A stretch of DNA of 64,000 nucleotides. Source: Bacteroidota bacterium (lineage in GTDB: Bacteria > Bacteroidota > Bacteroidia > Chitinophagales > Chitinophagaceae). The stretch is from NCBI GenBank assembly GCA_018268135.1, contig JAFDXD010000121.1, positions 14,953-78,952 of the forward strand. The letters run 5' to 3'. The notes beneath the pieces were generated by a model. That model had not been told where the DNA came from. It searched no databases and worked only from the letters and a program-made list of their open reading frames with translations. Below, piece by piece: positions 48,574 to 56,471 of the stretch (the first letter of the stretch is position 1; every line of letters starts with the position of its first letter). The position numbers and the translations under genes are program-made.

Positions 48574-49866
48574 ATGAATAAAATAATTTTTTGTTTATTG
48601 TTTTGCACCTGCACTATAAAATCATTTGCGCAAAAAAATGATTTTGTAACCACCAGGGGACACCATTTTTTTGTAAACGGGCAACCTTATCACTACATAG
48701 GAGCCAATTACTGGTATGGGGCTTTGTTAGGCTTAACGCCAAATGGAAGAGAAAGATTAAAAAAAGAATTGGATTTTTTAAAGCAAAAGGGCGTTATCAA
48801 CTTAAGGGTATTGGCTGCTGCCGAAGGCGAAGGCCTGATAAGTGGCGTATTGAGAGTAGAGCCTGCCTTTCAGCCGGAAAAAGGTATGTATAAAAAAGAA
48901 GTACTAGCCGGGCTTGATTTTTTACTATCGGAGATGGGTAAACGAAATATGAAAGCAGTGCTATACCTTACCAATAACTGGGAATGGAGCGGTGGCTTTT
49001 TACAATATCTCAACTGGAATGGATTGTTGCCAGATAGTACAATGCGGCATAAGCTTACCTGGGAAGACCAATCGGCATATACCAGTAAATTTTATACCTG
49101 TACCCCCTGCATACAGCAAGAGGCTGAAGTAATTAAAAAAATTGTAGGCCGTACCAATACCATTACGCATAAAAAATATGCTGATGATGCGGCAATAATG
49201 AGTTGGGAGCTTGCCAATGAGCCAAGGCCAATGGAGCCGGAGGCGCTAAATGCATACAATACCTGGATATCGGGCACGGCTGCATCTATTAAAAAACTTG
49301 ATAAAAATCACATGGTAACAGCAGGTATAGAGGGAGATATTGGCACCGGCGGCATGGATAATTTTATTGCTATGCAGCAAAATAAAAATATTGATTATGC
49401 CACTATCCATATTTGGCCAAAAAACTGGGGATGGTTTTCAGATACGTCTATTGCTAAAGGCATGGATACCATTATAAAAAATACACAGGATTATATTAGC
49501 CGTCATGTACTTGCCATGCAAAAAGTAAATAAGCCCCTGGTAATTGAAGAGTTTGGTTTACCAAGAGACGAGCATTTATTTACGTTGAAGGCTACCACCC
49601 ATAGCAGGGATGAGTATTATTCTTTTATGTTTAATCAATTACTATCAAGCGTAAAAGAAGGGGGTGTAATAAATGGTGCAAACTTTTGGGCCTTTGGAGG
49701 GATGGGCCGCCCTACTTACAAACAAAAACTTTGGCAAAAAGGCGAGGATATGCTTGGCGACCCGCCTTTTGAAGAGCAGGGGTTAAATACTGTATTTGAT
49801 GCAGATATAAGTACCTGGAAGCTGATTACCAATTTTATAAAAAAACTGAATAAAATAGGTAAGTAG
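48574..49866 (+). CDS. Glycoside hydrolase family 5 (mannanase-like), secreted
   Basis: WELANEPR (acid/base NEP) and VIEEFGLPRD (nucleophile) motifs. Signal peptide MNKIIFCLLFCTCTIKSFAQ from ATG 48574 (track start 48541 is a TTG). Confidence 0.7.
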   Translation: MNKIIFCLLFCTCTIKSFAQKNDFVTTRGHHFFVNGQPYHYIGANYWYGALLGLTPNGRERLKKELDFLKQKGVINLRVLAAAEGEGLISGVLRVEPAFQPEKGMYKKEVLAGLDFLLSEMGKRNMKAVLYLTNNWEWSGGFLQYLNWNGLLPDSTMRHKLTWEDQSAYTSKFYTCTPCIQQEAEVIKKIVGRTNTITHKKYADDAAIMSWELANEPRPMEPEALNAYNTWISGTAASIKKLDKNHMVTAGIEGDIGTGGMDNFIAMQQNKNIDYATIHIWPKNWGWFSDTSIAKGMDTIIKNTQDYISRHVLAMQKVNKPLVIEEFGLPRDEHLFTLKATTHSRDEYYSFMFNQLLSSVKEGGVINGANFWAFGGMGRPTYKQKLWQKGEDMLGDPPFEEQGLNTVFDADISTWKLITNFIKKLNKIGK

Positions 49867-49960
49867 TTAAGTGAATGCAGTAGATTTTTTGTAGAAAAAA
49901 TATTGTTTTTGCAAAGGCTTCTTACATGCCGGGAAGATTATTGATGAAATAATGCACATA

Positions 49961-49997
49961 AAAAAGCCACCGGTTTTATATTAACCGGTGGCTTTTA
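49961..49997. terminator. Bidirectional terminator between the convergent GH5 and dnaN genes
   Basis: Perfect 10-bp stem gccaccggtt/aaccggtggc (49966-49975 with 49983-49992), flanked by an A-run and a T-run. Confidence 0.8.
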
Positions 49998-50015
49998 TTT
50001 ATACATTCGGCTCCA

Positions 50016-51131
50016 TTAATTATTGAGCATTAAAGGCATTACAAGCATTAATAATTCTTCGCCATCGCCCATTTCGGTAGGTTTAATAATACCTGCTTTG
50101 GTAGAGGTACTTAGCTCCATATTTATTTCATCTGTATCGGCGCCATTAAGCATTTCTATTAAAAATTTTGCATTGAAGGCTATTTGTAAATCTTCGCCAT
50201 CGTACTGGCAGGCCATGCGCTCATTACCTTCAAAACTAAAATCAACATCCTGCGATGCAAGCTGCAACTCACTTCCGCTAATGGATAGCGCCACCTGGTA
50301 AGTACTTTTATTACTAAATACACTTACCCTTCTTAAAGCATTTTGAAAATCGCCCCTGCCCACAGTCATTTTGTAAGGGTTATCCACCGGTATTACTACT
50401 TTATAATCCGGAAAACGGGCATCAATCAGGCGGCACACCAACTCGGTGCCTCCATGTGTAATAAATAAATGATTGCTGTTATAAGAGATGGTTAGCTCAT
50501 CTTCATTATCGGGCAAAGCGCCTTTTAAAAGGTTTAATGGTTTTTTGGGAACAATAAAAGAATCTTTTTTAGGGCAGCTAACATCTGTACGAGTATATTT
50601 TACAAGCCTGTGAGCATCGGTAGCTACAAAGCTGATACTTTTTTTATCTAACTCAAAAAACACACCTGTCATAGCAGGGCGGAGATCATCATTGCTTACC
50701 GCAAAAATGGTTTTATGAATGGCTGTAACCAATGCTGTTGAAGTCATGGTGAAGCTATTGGCTTCATCAGCAGCAGGCTCTTTGGGAAAATTATCCGGGT
50801 TTTCGCCCATCACTTTGTACTTGCCATTGTCGCTGGTAATTTCTACGCCAAAGTTTTTATCAATATTAAAAGTAAGCGGCTGCTCTGCAATGTTTTTTAA
50901 AGAGTCTAACAATATTTTGGCGGGGATACAAACTTTGCCACTGTCTTTTGCCTCAATTTCCAGATGCACTTTCATCACGGTTTCAAGGTCGGTAGCTACT
51001 ACGGTTAGTTTGTTTTTTTCTATTTCAAATAAAAAATCTTCCAGTATGGGCAAAACAGTATTGGCATTGATAACACCACTAATTTGTTGCAATTGTTTCA
51101 GCAGCGCTGAAGAAGAAACGATAAACTTCAT
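50016..51131 (-). CDS. dnaN: DNA polymerase III beta sliding clamp
   Basis: 371 aa. MKFIVSSSALLKQLQQISGVINANTVLPILEDFLFE and three-domain clamp length. Confidence 0.9.
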   Translation of the reverse strand: MKFIVSSSALLKQLQQISGVINANTVLPILEDFLFEIEKNKLTVVATDLETVMKVHLEIEAKDSGKVCIPAKILLDSLKNIAEQPLTFNIDKNFGVEITSDNGKYKVMGENPDNFPKEPAADEANSFTMTSTALVTAIHKTIFAVSNDDLRPAMTGVFFELDKKSISFVATDAHRLVKYTRTDVSCPKKDSFIVPKKPLNLLKGALPDNEDELTISYNSNHLFITHGGTELVCRLIDARFPDYKVVIPVDNPYKMTVGRGDFQNALRRVSVFSNKSTYQVALSISGSELQLASQDVDFSFEGNERMACQYDGEDLQIAFNAKFLIEMLNGADTDEINMELSTSTKAGIIKPTEMGDGEELLMLVMPLMLNN

Positions 51132-51164
51132 ATTGTTTGTTTAATTAGCATCAAAGATAAAATA

Positions 51165-51722
51165 ATGAAAGTATCTGCCCAAGATATAAATTTTAATGCT
51201 AAAAGAGGCAGGGTGCTAATAAAAATGATGCTTGCTACCGCCTATTTTTGCAACATGCAAAAGCTGAACATTGGCATGGAGGAAGCCTGGCGAAAGATAA
51301 AGCATTACTGTGCTTACCAGGAGCGAAACCATAGAGAAACAAAGGAAAAGCTGTATAGCTTTGGCTTGTACAAGGCCGAAGTAGAGCAATTGCTGTCGCA
51401 ATTAGTGGAAGAAAACTACCTGAATGAAGAGCGGTTTGTAATTGCCTATGCCGGTGGGCATTTTAGGATGAAACAATGGGGGAAATCTAAGATTAAATAC
51501 GAGTTAAGGCAAAAAGGGATTGGGGAATATTTAATTAAAAAAGCCCTTAATTCTATTGATGATAAAGAATATTCTGCAACTTTTCAAAAGTTGGCAATTG
51601 CCAAACTGGCTTTGCTGAAAGGAGAAAAAAATATTTTTATAAAGAAGAAAAAAGTGCAGCAATACCTTTTTCAAAAAGGATTTGAGCATGATATGATTGC
51701 AGGCTTTGTAAATAATATCTAA
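51165..51722 (+). CDS. recX: RecX family regulatory protein (start uncertain)
   Basis: KIKHYCAYQERNHRETKEKL...EENYLNEERF repeats typical of RecX. The true start may be an internal Met (for example 51255). Confidence 0.65.
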   Translation: MKVSAQDINFNAKRGRVLIKMMLATAYFCNMQKLNIGMEEAWRKIKHYCAYQERNHRETKEKLYSFGLYKAEVEQLLSQLVEENYLNEERFVIAYAGGHFRMKQWGKSKIKYELRQKGIGEYLIKKALNSIDDKEYSATFQKLAIAKLALLKGEKNIFIKKKKVQQYLFQKGFEHDMIAGFVNNI

Positions 51723-51728
51723 AACATT

Positions 51729-51999
51729 TTACATTATCTCACACTCATCCGCACAGTAGCTGCATGCTTCCGCACACTCCCGGCAATGTTCATGCTCGTG
51801 ATTCTTGCATTCATCCGCACAGGCGTCGCACATTTTTGCACACAAGCTGCATATCTTTTAAGTTGAATACAGTTTGCCATCATTTTTACATCTTCTTCTT
51901 TTGTACAGCATGAAGCACAATGGTTGCAAATAGCTGCACATTTAAGACAGGCTTCTATACATAATTTTTAATAAGAGTCCCAAAATTCATTCCAACCAT
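51729..51999 (-). pseudogene. DUF326-type Cys-rich four-helix-bundle (copper-binding) protein gene interrupted by two -1 frameshifts
   Basis: Minus-strand translation needs three frames: MVGMNFGTLIKNYV*, then ..KLCIEACLKCAAICNHCASCCTKEEDVKMMANCIQL.., then ..KICSLCAKMCDACADECKNHEHEHCRECAEACSYCADECEIM*. Both frame changes lie in A-runs (plus-strand T-runs at 51965-51969 and 51856-51859). Confidence 0.6.
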
Positions 52000-52034
52000 C
52001 TAAAATCAAAATTTAACAGCAGTATCTTTGCTGC

Positions 52035-52511
52035 ATGGCAGAAGATTTGGAAATTTTTAGCGGTACAAAACAGGAACAGTATGAGCATTTAATACCACAG
52101 CTAAAAGCATTGCTTGATGGCGAGCCAGACCTTATTGCAAACATGGCAAATACAGCCGCTGCTTTAAAAGAGCAATTCAACTGGCTTTGGATTGGTTTTT
52201 ACCTGGTAAAAAATGAAGAGCTTGTTTTGGGGCCTTTTCAGGGGCCGGTAGCATGTACCAGAATAAAAAAAGGCAGAGGTGTGTGCGGCACAGCATGGGC
52301 AAATAAAAAAACTTTGTTGGTGGATGATGTAACAAAATTTCCGGGGCACATTTCCTGCAACAGCACATCAAGATCTGAAATTGTAATTCCGATTTATAAA
52401 AATGAGGAAGTATTTGCAGTGTTTGATGCTGATAGTACCGAGATAAAAGAATTTGATGAAACGGATAAAAAGTATCTGGAAGAAATTGTATGGATGGTAA
52501 AAGGAGAGTGA
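52035..52511 (+). CDS. msrC: GAF-domain free methionine-(R)-sulfoxide reductase
   Basis: 158 aa. WIGFYLV...LVLGPFQGPVACTRIKKGRGVCGTAW...HISCNSTSRSEIVIPI matches the YebR/fRMsr pattern. Confidence 0.7.
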   Translation: MAEDLEIFSGTKQEQYEHLIPQLKALLDGEPDLIANMANTAAALKEQFNWLWIGFYLVKNEELVLGPFQGPVACTRIKKGRGVCGTAWANKKTLLVDDVTKFPGHISCNSTSRSEIVIPIYKNEEVFAVFDADSTEIKEFDETDKKYLEEIVWMVKGE

Positions 52512-52515
52512 TGGT

Positions 52516-53115
52516 TTATTTGGCATCTTTCCATTTCCAAAGATACCTGCAGGCGTAAGTACGGTAGGGACGCCATTTTTCAGAGATGCTAATCATTTTT
52601 TGTTTCATTATTTTTTTATCGGAAGCCGGGAGCTTGTAAATGTTTGCCATGGCTTGTTGTATGCCCAGATCGTCCACAGCAAATACATCTTCCCGACCAA
52701 GCGTAAACATTAAAATCATCTCTACCGTCCACCTGCCAATACCTTTTATCTGCGTTAAAAATGTTATCAGTTCTTCATCTTCCATTTTATGAAGGTGGGC
52801 ATCTGTAACTTTATTTTCTATAAAAAAATTGCAAACGTTTATTACATAATTGGCTTTTGCATTAGACAGGCCAATGCTGCGAAGGGTTTCAAACTCCAGG
52901 GCAAGTATATCTTTTGGCGAAGGAATTTTCTTTTTAAATAGTTGTAAAAACCGGCCATAAATAACATCGGCCACTTTGGTACTTAATTGCTGGCTGATGA
53001 TGGATGAGCAAAGATGCAGGTGTACATTGTTTTTTTTGGTTAATTCTATTTCGCTTTGCAGGGCTAATACTTTTTGCAGTTTTTTGTCTTTGCTGAGGTG
53101 TGGACGATGGCTCAT
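52516..53115 (-). CDS. HhH-GPD DNA glycosylase, AlkA-like (3-methyladenine glycosylase II family)
   Basis: IKGIGRWTVEMILMFTLGREDVFAVDDLGIQ helix-hairpin-helix/GPD motif with the catalytic Asp. ATG at 53115 preferred over the track start at 53178. Confidence 0.7.
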   Translation of the reverse strand: MSHRPHLSKDKKLQKVLALQSEIELTKKNNVHLHLCSSIISQQLSTKVADVIYGRFLQLFKKKIPSPKDILALEFETLRSIGLSNAKANYVINVCNFFIENKVTDAHLHKMEDEELITFLTQIKGIGRWTVEMILMFTLGREDVFAVDDLGIQQAMANIYKLPASDKKIMKQKMISISEKWRPYRTYACRYLWKWKDAK

Positions 53116-53204
53116 ACTAACAAAAGTAAAAAATGAAAATGGGCATTGACAGGTTGCTGCAAAAAAATATTTTACCAATGCTGAAATACTTTCTACAATC
53201 TGCT

Positions 53205-53345
53205 GCTGTAAGCTGTATGGCCGATGAGCGGCGGGATAGAAGCGAAAAGCGAAGAAGCTTAGCGTAGGCTTAGCGGGGCTGGCGCTGATGATGCTTGTAG
53301 CGGATAGCCCGAACTATGGCTGCACAAGTAACTGCTGTACACCGC
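53205..53345. repeat. GC-rich element between the purF 3' end and the AlkA-like gene start; related to 7995-8125
   Basis: gccgatgagcggcgggatagaagcgaaaagcgaagaagcttagcgtaggcttagcggggctggcgctgatgatgcttgtagcggatagcccgaac. It has internal imperfect agcgg(a/g)ata(g)-type repeats, and its composition is very different from the flanks. Confidence 0.3.
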
Positions 53346-53358
53346 ACCAAAAATATTT

Positions 53359-55206
53359 TTAATATCCTCTTACATTTTTTCCTTCCATAAAATTGATGAA
53401 AGCTTTATTGCAAACCCTGTTGCCGCCGGGTGTGGGATAATTACCGGTAAAGTACCAATCGCCTTTGTTGTTGGGGCAAGCTTCGTGAAGGGTTTCGATG
53501 GTTTGATAAATAACTTCTACCGGTATATTTATTTCGGGAGGAGTGATGAGTTCTGCAATTTTTTTAGATATTTCTTCTAAAGTAAATGGTTTGTACACCT
53601 GCCTTACCAGGTTCTCGGTATGCAATTGATTGTTGCGTTGCAATTCTTTGCACTTTTCAAGTATTGTAGTAAGTACCGATTCTTGTTTTCTTTCGTAAAG
53701 CAGCGCTACTGCGGCTTTAAAGGCAATGAAGTCGCCCATTTTGCTCATGTCAATTCCGTAGCAATCGGGGTAGCGGATTTGTGGCGCTGAAGACACGATG
53801 ATAATTTTTTTGGGGTGAAGCCTGCTGAGCATTCTGATAATACTTTCTTTAAGCGTGGTGCCCCGTACAATGCTATCATCAATAACTATAAGGGTGTCTT
53901 CATTTTTTTTAACGGTGCCATAGGTAATATCATACACATGCTGTACCATTTCATTGCGGCTGCTGTCTTCTGTAATAAAAGTGCGAAGCTTTACATCTTT
54001 GATTGCAATTTTTTCCATCCTCACTTTTCGGTTAATCATTTCTGATAGTTTGGCAGGGTCTATATCTTTTCCCCAGCTAAGTATGCGTTCTAATTTTATT
54101 TTATCGAGGTAATCCTGTGCCCCTTTTATTAATCCGTAAAATGCTATTTCTGCGGTATTGGGGATAAAAGAAAAGATGGTGTTTTTTAAATCGTACTCTA
54201 CAGCTTTGAGTACTATTGGGCTTAGATTGTAGCCGAGGGCTATTCTTTCCCTGTAAATTTTTTCATCGCTGCCTCTGCTGAAATAGATGCGTTCGAAACT
54301 GCAGGCTTTTCTTTCTTTTGCCGGAATGATTTGTTCAATGCTGTAACTGCCATTTGCCTTTGCAATAAGAGCCATGCCGGGCATTAATTCTTTTACTTCG
54401 CCTTCGCCCAGGTTAAAAGCAGTGCGTATAGCAGCTCTTTCGCTTGCTGCTACTATTACATCATCATTTATATAATAGTATGATGGGCGAATGCCATTGG
54501 CATCTCTCATTACAAAGCCATCGCCATTGCCCACTATGCCTGCAAAATGAAAGCCGCCATCAAAAAGCGGAACTGCTTTTTTTAATACTCCGCTTATATC
54601 TAAATGGCCCGGTGCATTTTCATCTGCTTGTACTAAAAAACGGTGCACTACTTCCATCATGGCTGCAAGGTCGCTCTGGCATTGAAACTCGCCGGGGGTC
54701 ATATTAATGAGGTCGAATAATTCTTCCGTATTTACCAGGTTAAAATTGCCTGCGAGGGCAAGGTTACGGCTGGGGATGGTATTTCTTTTTATAAATGGAT
54801 GGCAAAAATTTACATCGTTTTTACCCTGAGTGCCATACCTTAAATGCCCTAGCAATACTTCACCCATTACATTAATATGGCCTTTCATTAGGCCGGGATG
54901 ATTTTTAATGTCGGGTTGAAATTTTTCTACTTCATCAATTTCTTTGCCTATTTGAGCAAATACATCGGATATAGGCTGTGGGGCATTGCTGCGAAGACGA
55001 TACATGAATGGATACCCCGGTTCGGTATTTAACTTTACAGCGGCAATACCAGCACCATCCTGCCCACGATTGTGCTGTTTTTCCATCAGCAGGTATAGCT
55101 TATTGATGCCATACAAAACTGAGCCATATTTTTGTTGAAAATAACTGAAAGGTTTGCGTAACCTGATGAATGCCAGACCACATTCGTGTTTTATTGCATC
55201 GCTCAT
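53359..55206 (-). CDS. purF: Amidophosphoribosyltransferase (long Bacteroidota form)
   Basis: 615 aa. N-terminal nucleophile Cys after a short propeptide (MSDAIKHECGLAFIRL). PRTase motif LIVIDDSIVRGTT. Confidence 0.8.
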   Translation of the reverse strand: MSDAIKHECGLAFIRLRKPFSYFQQKYGSVLYGINKLYLLMEKQHNRGQDGAGIAAVKLNTEPGYPFMYRLRSNAPQPISDVFAQIGKEIDEVEKFQPDIKNHPGLMKGHINVMGEVLLGHLRYGTQGKNDVNFCHPFIKRNTIPSRNLALAGNFNLVNTEELFDLINMTPGEFQCQSDLAAMMEVVHRFLVQADENAPGHLDISGVLKKAVPLFDGGFHFAGIVGNGDGFVMRDANGIRPSYYYINDDVIVAASERAAIRTAFNLGEGEVKELMPGMALIAKANGSYSIEQIIPAKERKACSFERIYFSRGSDEKIYRERIALGYNLSPIVLKAVEYDLKNTIFSFIPNTAEIAFYGLIKGAQDYLDKIKLERILSWGKDIDPAKLSEMINRKVRMEKIAIKDVKLRTFITEDSSRNEMVQHVYDITYGTVKKNEDTLIVIDDSIVRGTTLKESIIRMLSRLHPKKIIIVSSAPQIRYPDCYGIDMSKMGDFIAFKAAVALLYERKQESVLTTILEKCKELQRNNQLHTENLVRQVYKPFTLEEISKKIAELITPPEINIPVEVIYQTIETLHEACPNNKGDWYFTGNYPTPGGNRVCNKAFINFMEGKNVRGY

Positions 55207-55330
55207 TTTATAAGAGTTCCGGAGTTTCCGGTGATGTGAGCCGCAAAATTAGTTTATTAATGCAAAGCAAACAAGATTGACAGAGGTTTTTACTAACATT
55301 ACCCCATTTTTAAGATGCTGTGGTTACAGC

Positions 55331-56191
55331 TTAATCAGTTTGCTGTAAAGTAGCGGCTGTATTCATTTGCTGAGGGGTATAGTTTACTAAAACAGGCTTA
55401 AAGCAGAGATTGTTTTTTGAAAAATTATCAAAGTTTTTAAAAATTACGTTTAGAGCAATAAAGTTCATTACGTATGCTCTTGTTTCGGCAGGCAGGTAAT
55501 CTTTAATGTCCCAAAAATCCGGGTTGGATTTGCCACATTTTTCCATTGCATCCCATACATTACCTACCCCACAGTTGTAGCTTGCTGCTATGAGTAGCCA
55601 GTTGCCATTGAGGTTTCGGCTGCGGTCTTTTAAATATCTTGCAGCAGCATGGGTAGAGCGTACAAAATTTTTTCGTTCATCTGTTATTGCTTTTTGTTTG
55701 TTGGTATGTGGTTTTACTTTTTCAACTTCTTTGGTTTTTTCTTTAGCTGCAATTTTTAATCCATATTCTTTTGCTACATCATCCATTATTTGCCAATAAC
55801 CCACAGCGCCTGCGCTTGATACAGCATTGGAGTTAAAGCCACTTTCTAATGCCATCAATACGGCAAACTCTGCCGGTATATTTTGTTTTTTTAAAATAGG
55901 TGCTACTTTAGGAAAATACTTTTTGCTGAGTTTATAAATTCGGGTAAGATATGCTTTCCTGTTTTCAGAAAGTTTTTCAATATACTCCATTGATTCATTT
56001 TCTGCACCGGCAAATATAGATGGGTACAGCACATTGGCTTCTTTAATCACAATTTCTTTTTTGGGAATATTATCTATGCAGGCCAATAAATTATTATTAG
56101 TGGTATCGGCAGGCGAATAAGCTTTTGCCGTACCGGCAATTACAATTGTACATACACTCAGCAATAGTGAATTTAAAAAAGTGTTTTTCAA
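55331..56191 (-). CDS. Lytic transglycosylase (SLT domain), secreted
   Basis: MALESGFNSNAVSSAGAVGYWQIM catalytic region. Likely TTG start at 56191, giving the signal peptide MKNTFLNSLLLSVCTIVIAGTAKA. The track start at 56245 reads into the upstream repeat. Confidence 0.7.
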   Translation of the reverse strand: MKNTFLNSLLLSVCTIVIAGTAKAYSPADTTNNNLLACIDNIPKKEIVIKEANVLYPSIFAGAENESMEYIEKLSENRKAYLTRIYKLSKKYFPKVAPILKKQNIPAEFAVLMALESGFNSNAVSSAGAVGYWQIMDDVAKEYGLKIAAKEKTKEVEKVKPHTNKQKAITDERKNFVRSTHAAARYLKDRSRNLNGNWLLIAASYNCGVGNVWDAMEKCGKSNPDFWDIKDYLPAETRAYVMNFIALNVIFKNFDNFSKNNLCFKPVLVNYTPQQMNTAATLQQTD

Positions 56192-56220
56192 AGTAGTGCA
56201 ATTATTATTAATATAAAATA

Positions 56221-56350
56221 ACAGGATTAGGGGTTTTAATATCAAACCTTTATTCCTATTAGGGTTTTCATTATTTACTTAACGCTTTTTAATGAGGCCC
56301 AAGCCCAAGCCTCGAAAATTTGTTTTGTGCTCATTCTGCCTAATCCTATA
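56221..56350. repeat. MITE-like dispersed repeat, copy B
   Basis: Terminal inverted repeats acaggattagggg (56221-56233) and gcctaatcctata (56338-56350). Internal core shared with copies A and C. Confidence 0.6.
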
Positions 56351-56471
56351 AAATAATATACCTTTTACTTCGTTTTTGGTAAAAAGTATAGTGTATAACG
56401 CAAACTAATTGTTGATATTGCCTTGTATTTTTCCAAAAAAAATATTATAGAATTCATAAATAAAAATTCAA

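Noticed and set aside
55207-55330. Possible purine riboswitch or leader upstream of purF
   Set aside because: Only a small CCGGA-AAC-UCCGG hairpin is present. There is no three-way junction or conserved purine-riboswitch loops.
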